In this document: piece by piece, positions 38,653 to 52,364 of the stretch
Numbering within the stretch: position 1 is the first letter of the stretch
How the letters are laid out: every line of letters begins with the position of its first letter
Source of the DNA: Octopus sinensis
Taxonomy: Eukaryota
Direction of reading: 5' to 3'
NCBI RefSeq assembly: GCF_006345805.1
Contig: NW_021833122.1
Coordinates: 15,323-79,322, forward strand
Length of the DNA stretch: 64,000 nucleotides
Program-made: the position numbers and the translations under genes
The notes under the pieces: generated by a model
Databases searched by the model: none
The model's input: only the letters and a program-made list of their open reading frames with translations
Told to the model about the DNA's origin: nothing

Positions 38653-38965
38653 ATGAAAATGCATGTACTCTACAACCTACTGCGGGTTTTCACCATTATA
38701 TTTCTCGTGACGTTGGAGATTGGCGAATCGAACCATGCAAGTTATTATGGAAAAATGAGCAAGATAGCGTGCCTGGATAACTGGTTGATTGGAACTCAAA
38801 CCGCACGTTCACTCATAGATTGCGCATCAAGTTGTATAATGACTAATATGTGTGGTTTTTTTAGTTATTGTAAGGGCACATACAAAATGCATAAATCTCT
38901 TGACGAGAGGCCTCCTTACAAGTCTGGATGCGACTGTGTATCTTAGTTAATACTAGATAGAAACG
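38653..38965 (+). CDS. Exon A of candidate secreted-protein gene (signal peptide + PAN/Apple-like module); in-frame TAG at 38,944-38,946
   Basis: Acceptor TATTTTTCAG|G at 38,650/1, ATG 38,653, donor G|GTGAGT at 38,965/6 (phase 1 if read through the TAG; the other two frames also stop before the donor). Confidence 0.6.
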
Positions 38966-39635
38966 GTGAGTAACGTGTTTTTGTGGGTTTTGTATTTCAT
39001 TTCCACCATCATCACAATGCATTGTATCTGACCACCTGAATACTAGGTGCGTCTTTTATCATGTAAGGTCTCATTGCTGGTTAAAATCGTAACATTATCT
39101 TACTAATACGGGTATTTCTTAAACGTATTTAACATCACGATGCCAATCTTTTTTCTTTTTACAAAGAAATTAATGCATGCAAGAATTTACTAATGTAGCA
39201 CTCACACATAGATAGTCCAATATCTTAGATAGTCCAATATATCATTAGAAAATCATGTAATTTTAATAACCACATTTTTTTAACGAATATGCCAGAGTAA
39301 ATTAATTAGTCGTTAGCAGTTTGGTTTTGCATTGAAAATGTAAAATTATTGAGTAAGTTATTTGGATATATATATGAAAGAAGGTTTGAAATGCAATTTT
39401 AAAAGATGTTTATTTACTTGATCGATTTCACTTTTTTAGAAAAAGATTGTCGAAAGTAACATGTAAAATCTTTGTTGTGTTAGGTACTGGTTGTAACAAA
39501 ATATTACAATACATATATACATTCTTTGATAATAATAAGAACGTGTTAAAAACAGTTAACAAGGGAAAACCTTGAGAAAATATTAAAAAAATTTGACAAG
39601 TATATATATATATATATGTATGTATGTATGTATAG

Positions 39636-39922
39636 GAGGAGACACCCTTCGGTCACGAAAGACCATGGAATTGCACCTAGAGAGTTACCCTTGAGGCACA
39701 AGTCCCGCAAGGTTGTTTGCGGACGGCCAGCAGTCGCCCATGCATACCCGCTTCCTCTCTCCACATAACTGATGTTATCCACGGGAAAGGCAAAGGTGAG
39801 TTAACTGGAGCAACGTGAAATAAAATGTCTTGCTCAAGAACACAACACGCAGCCCAGTCCGAGAATCGAACTCGCAATCACACGATCGTAACCTCGATGC
39901 TCTAAGCACTGAGCCATGCGCC
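39636..39922 (-). mobile_element. tRNA-derived SINE (right-arm copy of 1,776-2,062)
   Basis: Reverse-complement identity with 1,776-2,062. Confidence 0.8.
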
Positions 39923-41517
39923 TTTACACAAACACACCCACACCCACATACACACACAAACACGCATATATATATATATATATATATATATGTATTGTGT
40001 GTGTATTTGTTTGTTTGAGCGTGTGTCTATGTATGTGTGTATGATAGTTTATATGGAAATTATAAACAGTTTGTCGAAAACTGAAATGATCATAATTTCA
40101 GAGCAATAAAATCTCCATCTATTCTCTTACTGGTTCCAACCATTTACTCGTTGTAAATAATTAGTAGGAGTAAAGCATATTTTATAATCATATGTTGGTT
40201 TTCATACGTGAAGTTGGTTGATTAATACTGTCTCAAATATGTGGGCGGTGAGTGATGAAATCGATAGAGTGGCGAACAAATTACATTGCGATATTTAGTT
40301 ACCGTTACATACATTTCAGAAAGCCAAACCCACCAATTTCCTCTTAATGCCTTATCCACTAGGAGTCGATAAATGAATTACTAACAAAATACTGAGGTCA
40401 TTTTAAAGAATTCTATCTTTTATTTCAAGACGTGGCTTTGTGTCCACGTTAGAAATGAATACTGGGCCAAATATTTCCTCCTAAATCGTCAAAGAATATC
40501 ATTCACATAAAACAAAGCGCACAATGCCCGGAGTTGTGTTTGTCTACTTCATTAAATAATATACCACTAATTCCAATGAATTACTGAACTAGTTATGATT
40601 ATAGGACATTTCCTGGAGTATATGCTTTATATTGACGAACAGAATATGTATCTTTCTGTTGTTCAGTTCACATTATTCTTTAGTATAAAAGAGACGTGTC
40701 ACTCATAGCATGCACTATGGTTTTAGTTTTTCATCACCTTCACAGTATAGATACATTCGTCACTAAACCTTAATATTTTACGCACAAGCATAATCCATAC
40801 CTAACACTAGTTCTACACTGCTTCCCTAAACAACAACCAAGTAAACATCACTAAGATATTAAGACTATATTTATCAAGTATTGAACCCAAACACTACCCT
40901 AACAGCATATAGGTAAGCAACGAAATTTCGACTCACAGCTATCTCTTTTTCATCTTCGATGACTTCACGGTATTTACTAACATTGAGTGATGATATATAA
41001 TTGTGCATATTTTATATGTTTTGTGCAGATCCATAAATTATTATACATCACACTTTACTCTATACATCATATGGTACTTTGCATATATGCACAGATACAC
41101 ACATACATGCAAATCTCTATCCACTGATGTGGTGTTGAGCAATCATTCTCATTGTTCGATATTAACTTATTTTGTATTTAATTTTATCCTTTTAGTACCG
41201 GTTTCGTTCATTTAAACTTTTTCAACTAAGTGTAAAATAAGAAAAACAATTAAGTTGGAGAAAACAAATTAAGTGAAATGTTTTGTAGATATTTCCACAG
41301 TCTTTAAATAGTTAGATATTTCCAAAGTCTTCAGATAGTCTGCCTCAGTCTCTGTTCCTTTCAGCAATATAATTGTTTTTCGTATTTTACTCTTAGTGAA
41401 CAAAGTCTAAAAGACGGAAACAGTACTAAAATGTATTTCGTGATAAAATCATTTTAGCATTTTCTACATTGTCTTATTTTCCTCACGCATATCAACCCGT
41501 ATGTTACGTTTCTACAT

Positions 41518-41549
<32 letters not shown>

Positions 41550-41585
41550 CACACACATACACACACAAACACACACACATATATA

Positions 41586-41751
<166 letters not shown>

Positions 41752-42149
41752 TTTTTTTTGTTAGGGAATAAAAATTCCGGCATAACAGGGGTTCAAATTA
41801 TTCTCAATGAAGAAATATATATTTTCATTTATAGATAGTAGGCCCATTCATCTCACCATATAAAAAATAATTTTTATTTTAAATACTTACTATTTTATAA
41901 CTTGGTTACACGTGTTTCATGAGGTATATTTCCCGGTTCCTAAACCACTCCGTGCTTTGCTGGAACCATTCTTAAAATGTAATCCCAATCATCAGGCCCT
42001 TATATCACTTTGTCATCGTTCAATACTATAAACTATATTGTAATTTTTTTTAATCCATAAGTATGTAGGTACGTGATAAAATTATTTTAGCATTTTCAAC
42101 CTTGCCTTATTTTACTCATACATATCAACTTGTATGTTGCTTTTTTTTA

Positions 42150-42340
42150 CATAAAAGGATATCGATATCTTTCCACAAATACCTGTTGGAGAATTGGAAA
42201 CGCTACTTGGATGATTGCCCCATCCTATGGTCCCGCACACTCGACCAACTTAATGATTTCAAAAACTTAGTCAACAGTGTCAACAACCATATCCAATTTA
42301 CAATGGAATATAGTCAAGACCAACTCCCTTTTCTCTCGTA
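42150..42340 (+). mobile_element. Penelope-like RT fragment
   Basis: ENWKRYLDDCPILW...NNHIQFTMEYSQDQLPFL. Confidence 0.8.
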
Positions 42341-43444
42341 CAGACACATAACATTCCCGCCAACACAAAACACACAAATATACACACGCACACACACGGA
42401 CGCACACATACACACGCGCGATCAAACTCATACACACACGCGCACACACAACACCCTGACAATATAAAACACCAGCACATGTATATATACACACACATAG
42501 AGACGTGCACAGTGACACACACACTCACACCATTCTTACCTCTAAGACCAGTCCCCAAAACCACTGAACCATGACAGCCTAGCTTAGAAACGAAAATCCT
42601 TTTGATTCCACATTGCTCTTCCTTCCTACCACACTATCCCTTAAAATAGCAAATATTCCTTAGCTACACACAAGACCAAATGTCAGAAAGACAGGTCAGT
42701 TATTCTTCTGCAAATTTTTGTAAATTCTTAAATATATCTCCTTCTGTGTATATATATATACTACCAAGCAAACATGATTTTTTTAAACTCATAATAATTT
42801 TCGGAGTCCCGTTCTGATTACTTTCTTAAATGCTTTCTTGTAACCCGTTTTTAACATTCTTTTATTATTATCAAAGAATGTATATCTGTATTTTAATAAC
42901 CAGTACTTAACACAACAAAGCTCATACAATGCTTTACATTTTACTTTTGACGATCTTTTTCTAAAAAAGTGAAACAGGTTAAGTAAATAAACATCTTTAA
43001 GATTGCATTTTCAAACCTTCTTTCATATATATTTCCACACGTACGGTACCTTACAACTTTACTTTGTTATATATATGTATATATTTATATGTCCATATGA
43101 GTTAGATGAGGGAGTGCTGAAAGGTGCCTTGCATTAGGTAAAAGGAAAGAGTAGGGGATCAATTACTCGTGAATTTATTTAATATACTCAGTTATCTAAA
43201 TCACAGACATTTCAATTTTTGTAAGCCCTGTAAAAGAACTCGGAGATTTGAATCACCGACCAGATCTTTCGTGAGTCTCTTAAAGCCAGGAAATTTTCTA
43301 CATGCCCTCGTATACATACATACATATGTACATGCATACATACATACATACATAAATACATACATACATACACACATACATACATACATACGTACATACA
43401 TACACACACATGCATATAAATATATATATTTACATATATATATT

Positions 43445-43979
<535 letters not shown>

Positions 43980-44826
43980 GATACATGCATACATAGGTAT
44001 ATAGAAGCATCTACTTTTCGTATGCCTGCCGGCATAGAACATATTAGATATATTGTTTCGTAAACTGTAAGAGAAGAAAATGTTTCTTTCTAAATGATTG
44101 TTATGGAGACAGCACCAAATCTTTATAAACGTAGCAAAAAGAAAACAGAAACAATAGTTCATTCCAAAGATTTATTCAATGTTAGAATAATGAATCCAAG
44201 TTAATTGTTCAATATATGCGATATCCTAACAAATCTTTTCATTCAAAGAATGCTTAAAGGTCGTTTCCCAATGGTATTCGTGCACGAGGGTCGTAATCAA
44301 TTACATAACTAATATTAATAAACCAGATATTTTACATGTGAATGACCTCTCTCATTTATTGTCAAAACTCTAACAGCTCAAAGGGACCATCTTTCATAGG
44401 TCGCTCTATCTGCTAGAAATAGAGAAATCTCCCTTAAATTACATCCTATCATCTTGAAACGAATGATATGCTAGATCGGAATAATAAGACAGATGGAAGG
44501 AATGGTCATGTTAGAACAAATTCTTCCAGGGGGATTCTCACTGAAAGTTCATTTTGTGATAAATAACAATAACAGATTTCTATTATTTCTGTCTAGTATC
44601 AAACTCTGAAATTTGTGTAAAAGAAACTATAATTGAAAATGAATTCGAAGCTTGGGAAAATTGTGTATCGAATATAATAAATTTTAAACTAATACAGAAC
44701 TTTTCACAGCACTTTTCACGGTACTGTAGGAAATAAGATATTTTGTTTAAAACGTTAATGAAAGTGTGCACCAAAATCTTGTCTGTTCCTTTACATTTAA
44801 TATTTTATTATTCATTATTCATGCAG

Positions 44827-44918
44827 ACAGAAACAGGGTGAAAATTTATGAGTTGACCAATGAAACGTTTAAAAATAATCCCCTTGATACGTTCTGGGAT
44901 GATTGGCCTGTCGACAAG
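44827..44918 (+). CDS. Candidate exon B
   Basis: TTCATTATTCATGCAG|...AAG|GTAATA; 92 nt, phase 1 to 0; (D)RNRVKIYELTNETFKNNPLDTFWDDWPVDK. Confidence 0.6.
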
Positions 44919-46812
44919 GTAATAAATTTTCAAAATTTCCAAATTATTTTCATTTCGTAAAGCAGTCAACATAATAGTCAGCTCGCTATGTATTGAAGGA
45001 TGTAACTTTTATGTGTTGTTCATGTCGTTACTGCAATGGCGTGTGTAATTTCGTTTCTTCATTTTTTTGGTTTTATTGCTTTTTAAATCCTGTTGTCAAA
45101 CATGCTTCGGTTTTGATACGTGTCTTATTTTCTTTTATATCTTTCTATGCCAGTTGCTTGGAGATCATCTAAATGCACACGCACATTCACAGACAAGCAC
45201 GCTCAAAACACACACACACACTCATACACACACAAGCACAGACACGTACCCTTATATTCGAGCACACACACATACATTCACAAGCATTCTTGTTATGTTA
45301 GACGTAAATGAGTACTTAGAAAGAAGTTCAAGTTGCGACGGAAACGCTACGTGATCCTTTTATTTGGAGGAAATAACAACCAAATCTAGAACAAATCAGA
45401 AATTAACTTTCTACTGGGTCCTGTTTCCCGAGAAACAATATCTTGGGAAACCTATACGATTAGAACATCTTCCAACCTTTGTCATCTACCAGGGAGAATA
45501 TTTAGGGTAAAAGGAAAAATACAACAGTAGATGAGAAGCCAAATCGTTCGACCTGTAGAGTTTTGCTTTTGAATATTTGTGTTCAAATACCGTCGGGCTC
45601 AAACTTGTCTTTCCTTCTTTCAGAATTGATAAAATAGAGTACCAGTCTAGTACTGGAGTCGATGGAATCGACTATTCCAACACAAGGCTAGTGAATTTGC
45701 AAAATCAAAAGAGCGTCGGACAAAATGATTTGTGGCATTTCGTACGGTTCTCTACCGTACTGCACACACTCATTTATCGTCTGCAATCGACGCAACTGTA
45801 ATTGGAAATGGTTTTATCAAATTCGAAAGGATGAAGCAGTAAATTGACTTCGCTAGGGTTGAGATTCTGAAGGTAGAGAACCGTATGGAATGTTATAAAA
45901 TATTTTCTCTGACTGTCTTCATCTCTTCTCAGATATTATTATGACGACGTTCGGGTGTGCGAAAGATTGTAGGAATAGTATTACCCAAATAAATATTCGT
46001 ATATAGTTATCTACAATGGACTTTCGCAGAATTAATTTGTTCACCCAGAATGTATTCTGTACCACACCAAACGTCGATACGATAATATACTAATAGTGTA
46101 ATCCAATACTGACGATCAACGCTGAGGATTGCCCGCCATCGACTGCCGACAGTCAATTGTTGACAGTTCACACAGTTTCTTTATTTCATTGAAAAACACC
46201 AGTCCAATTTTGGTCACGTGGGGATGGTCATGATGTTTCTCCTCCAACAGTATGTATGAATCTATGTATCGATGGTTTATGCATATTATAGAAAGGATCC
46301 AGATCTTCTCCGTACTGTGTTTTCACCTTATTACAGTAATGGGGATAAAACCACTGCTAATCAGAACATGAATGGTTTGAAAACAATAATTTCCAGGAAT
46401 TCATTTTCATATCCATTCATCATTATTCTGTGAATCGTGGTTCACAGAATAAAAACAAAGAATCTGTCCTACAGACACACTTGAATTTACACAATTTAAG
46501 TCAAACGTCAGTAATCTATTGTCCATTTCCACCTCTTATACATTGAACAAAAATACACGCATATTTTTTTCCAGAATCTTCTCTCTCTTAAGGCTTCCAC
46601 TAAATATTTCTCTTGTCATTACTCTCATACAACAGTCTTTCTCCATTTCCTCATTGTCACTCTCCACCTCTCACTTGCCCTCTGATGAGCAGTCCATCTG
46701 TACCCATACTTTTCTCTCCATCTGCGTCACGCCCCCTCCCTTTCTCAATCTCTCTCATTCTCGCCTTCCTTGTCAAATTTCTATTTGATTTCATTCGAAA
46801 TTTTATTTGCAG

Positions 46813-46964
46813 GTGAAACTCTTCGTGATAAAAAATAGTACTGAAATACTCTCATTAACTTTCAATGCAAAAAATTCAAGTAGCACGGAATGGTTCAATC
46901 CCACTCGGCTTCTTACGACACCGTGGTTTGGAAATGTAACAGCAACGTACAAGTTTTATGATGG
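46813..46964 (+). CDS. Candidate exon C
   Basis: TTTTATTTGCAG|...GG|GTATAT; 152 nt, phase 0 to 2; VKLFVIKNSTEILSLTFNAKNSSSTEWFNPTRLLTTPWFGNVTATYKFYD(G). The 3' boundary is less sure because the frame stays open to 46,998. Confidence 0.6.
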
Positions 46965-47364
46965 GTATATATTAACATTTTATTTATTTGCATTATAGAT
47001 ATTCGTTGCTGATAACTATGATTTCTCGTCTAGGCAGTTGCATATTTTGGTAGGAGGTTACAGTCGACTATGATACGTCGATATCAGTAATTAACTAGTA
47101 TTATTTTATGGACAATGATATCAGGCATGATCGTAGCGGGATTCGGAATCAAAGCATTGAGGAACGAAAATAACTACAAATAGCTTATTGTATGACACAT
47201 CACTGATTGTTTCTTTTAAATGATGGTGGGGGTACATTTTGGGTATTTCATCCTCATTACAGAAATTGGGTTGTTTCTCCCGAGATCAAAATTCTTTAAC
47301 ACGCAATAAAACAAATATACTAATTGTAATAATAATAATATTAATTATAATAATAATATCATAA

Positions 47365-49190
47365 ATAAATAGAACAGGACAGCAACTTAACAACACTTAT
47401 ACACAGGCACAGACACAGCACAAAATAACAACAAACAAAATAACACACAACATAACAGAGCAGCTATAACCGATGAGGGTGTCGAAGCGACTGAACAAAT
47501 AACGAAAGTAGAACTAAACATCAAACAGTCGATACATGTGAACCAACGTGAACGTCACCCCAGGCTACAAAAAGAATGATAATAAACAGCTCTGTAAAAT
47601 GATAAATAGATACAACAGACCCTTGTAAGAAATAATCAACATATCAAAATATACACTAGATATCAATAAACTAAATGAGTTGATCTGGAAACTGGACCCA
47701 AAATCCCTACAAGGAAAATACAATGCCAGCCAGATCTCAGTCTCGAAAATGGAAACGGATCATAATTTTTAAAAATCAGAAACAAAAAAGTCTTATCATT
47801 ACTTTGTAAATTCGGGAAAACGGGATCAAAATAAAATGAAATAAGGCCCATATAACAAAATAATGCAACGCAAAAATTAAGAAGATACCTGGGAGGTGAT
47901 AGGAAATGTTAAACAGGGCATAGTAGGAAAATTTGGCGCATAAAACTTTATGAAAAACGGAAACGCTTATGCAACTAAATAGAGAATTCAAAATAATCAT
48001 AAATTTATTTGATAGGAGTTTAAATAAAATAAATCTTTATCTATAGATAAGAGGCCAACCACTTCAGCAATTTAGTTATATAATTCATAATTTCAGCAAT
48101 GACATCGGAATGAGCAGTGGGTTGTACAAATGTGCCACAGTCACACTGAGTAGAGGCAAATTATTTAGCCCTGAAAACACAGCACACGACATAGACACAG
48201 AAATTAGAGAATTAGATCACAACCACCAATACACATTTCTAGAAACAAACGAAACAGGGGATAAACATGCTGGCCATACCAATCAAAAATACAGTTTTAA
48301 CAAAATAAACTGAAAGATCAGTGAATTGAGAAACCTAGATGGGTGGGGGTAGAAAACAGAAAACTACTAACAGTGTACCGAAGTCACCACGCCAAAGCAG
48401 ACGCAGACAGAATATATCAACTCCACTCAGAAGGAGGCTCTGTTCTGATACAGATAGAGATCTACTATAAAATAACAACATTCAGACTAGGAAAGTACTT
48501 AGAGACAAAGAGTGGAAGTCTATTACATTAAGTAAAGCATCGCGACAAGAAGAAAACGCTTTTCTCTATTTCACAACGAGGTGACAAAATACTTAAATAG
48601 CCTCAGATGAAAACATAGAAGAAATGGTCAAAGAGACAGAAAACAACATGAAAACAAAATTACAGAAGATACTGAAGAAGAAATGGAAAGAAAAATCACT
48701 CCATGGCTAATACCCTGCAAGACTTGACGGAAAGAAAGTGAGCCTCATTAAAAGCCAACGACGGTCCAAAAGCTTTAGATTACAAGGTGATATGGAAGTA
48801 ATGTTTCTCACTGCACAAGACCAATGCCTGAATACAAACATTTATAAAAACACAATAATGAAAACAGACCCGCTAAAGCAAATGCAGAATGTGCAAGCAG
48901 CACAATGAGCCAGTTGACCGCAGCGTCTCGTGCCAAATTTGAATATATATACAGATAGAGATAAAGTCAGCAGTTATATCCTCTGGGCAACATGCCAATA
49001 TCACAACAGTAGAACTGACACTAGAGAGTATAAGGATGTGCCAAATAAGGTACAAGACAACGACAAAGCGACAATCATCTGGGATATGGCTGTTCAAACC
49101 GAGAAAGAAATAAAAGCAAACATCTTAGTTATCATAATGAGGAAAAAACCCCACCAAATTAGCCTCAATCTACCAAATGTTGAATAGTTA
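47365..49190 (+). mobile_element. Old, internally deleted R4/Dong-type LINE between TAA arrays
   Basis: CATVTLSRGKL, HHAKADADRIY...EGGSVLIQIEIYYKITT, ATIIWDMAVQTEKEIKAN fragments. Confidence 0.75.
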
Positions 49191-49219
49191 AATAATAATA
49201 ATTATAATGATAATGATCA

Positions 49220-49299
<80 letters not shown>

Positions 49300-49475
49300 G
49301 TAGTTGTAGTAATAGTAATAGTAATAGTAATAGTAATAGTAATAATAATAATGATGATGATGGTGGTGGTGGTGGTGGTGGTGGTGGTGATGATGATGAT
49401 AATAATAGTAATAATAATAGTAATAGTAGTAATAATAGTAATAATAATAGTAATAGTAATAATAATAATAATAAT
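49191..49475. repeat. Compound trinucleotide array (ATA/CTA/GTA/ATG/GTG)
   Basis: Seen directly. Confidence 0.95.
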
Positions 49476-50031
49476 CTGCCCTGATGCAGTACCAGACAGT
49501 GGCTCTCGTGGCTTCTGATCTTAGCTCATTGGAAGTGTTATCATGTACATTGTTTTGTCTCTGTATAAAAGATGGGATACAGCAAATATTCTGCTCAATA
49601 CCACAGATTTTCTTGTCAGTTGTTTGACCATAACCAGTTGAGCGTGTCCGTTAGTGGCTGACGATATGTACATCTCTGATCACGAGCAGAAGTAGTGAGG
49701 GAGCATCATAGCTGTGTGATGAAAGGAAATCTTAGAGGTTTGGATAATCCACCTTTGGAAACATGGGTGGTTCGTTCAACATCCTTAAACAACTCTTATT
49801 CAGGGACATTTTGAGCGGGATGGGTTACTCGACCAGAAGAAAATTCTATATGGGCTCCACCTGCAAGGTCATGCACTGTTTATCTTGATATGAGATCACC
49901 ATGTGGTGCACATATGGTTGTGATGCATGTGCCTAGCGTACCCTTACCAGACGGGTAGTCATGATGTGTATGCTGCGCTTCGTATATTTTACCCCAGTGT
50001 CACTTTGATGGCATGCACTGTTCTCTCACTC
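49476..50031 (+). mobile_element. ~555-bp apparently non-coding retroposon-like element embedded in TAA arrays; 5'-truncated copy at 54,636-54,748
   Basis: Its last ~115 bp recur at 54,636-54,748 with the same 3' end (CTCACTC) followed by (AAT)n. No listed ORF. Confidence 0.65.
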
Positions 50032-50071
50032 AATAATAATAATTATAATGATGATGATGATGATGATGATG

Positions 50072-52300
50072 CAATTTCCCTTTCTTAAAAGTGACTTTGG
50101 AACACTTTTCAATGCCAAACTCCATCCCGATATCATCACTGAATTCTTTCACAGTATGTAATAATCCTTCAAGCTCTTCATCATCTTTGCCATATAGCTT
50201 TAAATAATCCCTATAAAATAGATAGCTTATTTTCCTGTTGTCAATTTTGTAGCCATATCCTGTTCTATTCAGTTCACTTGAGAGTGGTATTAGTGTTATG
50301 CAGAAAATTAAGTGAGTCACCTTGGAAAATTCCACAGTTTATGCTAATATTGTTTAAGCGCAATACTCCATTAGAATGATGTAATTGGAGCTTTGTGTTC
50401 CATAGTGACATATTATACTTTAAAAAATCTGAAATCACAGGAGAAATTTTGAAAATGTCCAGCGATTTCAGAATCCACGAATCCGGTATGCTGTCAAAGA
50501 CTTTTTTATAATCAATCCATGAAGAGCTGAGATATCTGCGCTTGTTATGGCAGTTCTGAAGAGCCTCGTCTGCATCCTTTTTGTTCTGTGGGAAAAAGGT
50601 TATTCTCTTCCATAAACGTATATGTTTTCTCTACTAGAATAGATGTCAAAATCTTATAGGTAGTAGATAAACATGTTATAGGCCGGTAGTTTTTAGGGTC
50701 TTCGTTTTGTTATTTTTGGGGAGGAGGTAAGTAATACCATTTGCCATCCAATGGGGAGTTTTTTCCGGGTCTTTCCTAATACTATTAAATAGTATTACTA
50801 ACATCTTGTGTGCGGACTAGAGTGATGAGAGCCAGAAATTTGGTACTCTATCAATACCAGGGGAGTCCCACTTATGAGCCTTCGTAAGTGCTCTCCTTAG
50901 GTCGGCGATTGAGATGTCTTCCCATACCTGTTCTTGCAGGTTTTTGTAGTCATCTTGGGTGCGTTTGATCCACTCTGCATTTTCATTGTATGGTTTCTCA
51001 TCACTTCAGATCCCCTTCCAAAAATTTTCAACTTCTTCCATTAGGGGTGGATTTTCAGAGGTTACTTTTTTTCCCTATTTCCCTGTAAAGTGATTTGTCA
51101 TTGGATTTGGACATCTTATTTTGTTTGTAGAATTTGATTCTTTTCTCAAATCTGCGTATTCTCTGAGCTTTTGCTTGAACTTTTTGTTTAAGTGTTTCTT
51201 TCGCTGACATTAGTTCTCTTGTTGAGTGTCCATATTTTCTCACAATCTTCCTGCCTTTTCTTGATCTTACATCATTTTCAGAAATTAGCTCAGTTAATAT
51301 TGATATCTCCCTGCGCAATGATTCAATTTCAGTTTTAATTCTACTCCTCCAGTTTGATTTTCTTTTCGAATTTGGTATTGTTGGGTTTGGGGTGTTAAAC
51401 AGCGTCTTTCGATTACCTTAGCGACAGAGTAAATAATTTCATTTAATTATTAAGATCGGGTTTTAGTTGTTGTATGATTTCTTGTGTAACGCAGTTGCCA
51501 ATTTTATTTGTGTTTTATGTTGATGTGCATTTGAGAGTTTATGGAGTGGTTCCCTATCATTCATAGTTGTATGCCCTACAACTGCAAGCTCATTCAGAAC
51601 TTCTTGCATTATTTCAATGATAGATATTCAGTGTTGTTCAGCAAACATGTGGTCTTCAAATTCTGTTTCGACATTATTTCCGGGCTGTTTTTCTAGGATC
51701 ATTATATTTTCCTTTTTCTTCAGGATCTTGAGTCGTTTCGGCAGATGGTCGTCTTTCAGTAAATGCTTGTGGCCCCACATTGCTCTCCTCAGCTTCGTTA
51801 TTTCTTTCCTGACTTACATTTAGGTCATTCTCTACCACTTCTTTTAATAGAGGTTAATTCTGTATCTGTGAGTCTGGTATTTCTGAAGATATCTCTTCTA
51901 GCATTTGCTAATCTGTTTTTATCCAGGTTTGGTCTGCTAGCTGGATTCCGGCTCCTCCAAATTCCGTAGGAGTTTGCAGTGTGTTTCTGTTGGTTGGCCT
52001 ACTTAATGCAAAGTAATAAGCATATATTACTTCTTTATATTCTTCCCGGTTCCATTTAGTTCTTTTAGATTTTTGATTTTCTGGTCGTTGTGGTGGTGAA
52101 ATTTGGGGGCTTAATTTGGGACAAATCCCGTTTAAGTGACCTTCCAGGTTCGTACTCGTGGAAGATATTCTGCCATTTGAAAATTTTTCGCCATCAGGCT
52201 GGCAGCCTCCTGACGGGCGCGCTTCCTGTATAACCATTGGACAAACGATTCGGTGTACTGTTAGAAATTTTCTTTTCAAGTAAAGTTAAATTATTATTAA
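50072..52300 (-). mobile_element. R4/Dong-type LINE 5' half (N-terminus through RT), inverted relative to the 3' half
   Basis: KRTKWNREEYKEVIYAYY, AKETLKQKVQAKAQRIRRFEKR, KNYRPITCL, WIDYKKVFDS, YLKLYGKDD...MEFGIEKCSKVTFKKGKL. Confidence 0.85.
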
Positions 52301-52364
52301 GTTTTCATTAAAAAAAGGAAAGAAAAGAAAGAAAAACATTAACCACTAATCTTCATACAGGGGC

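Noticed and set aside
44229-44310. Possible extra exon MLKGRFPMVFVHEG between exons A and B
   Set aside because: The acceptor phase is incompatible with exon A and there is no convincing donor.
46999-47050. Extra exon directly after exon C (TAG acceptor at 46,998)
   Set aside because: It would need a 34-nt intron, which is implausibly short.
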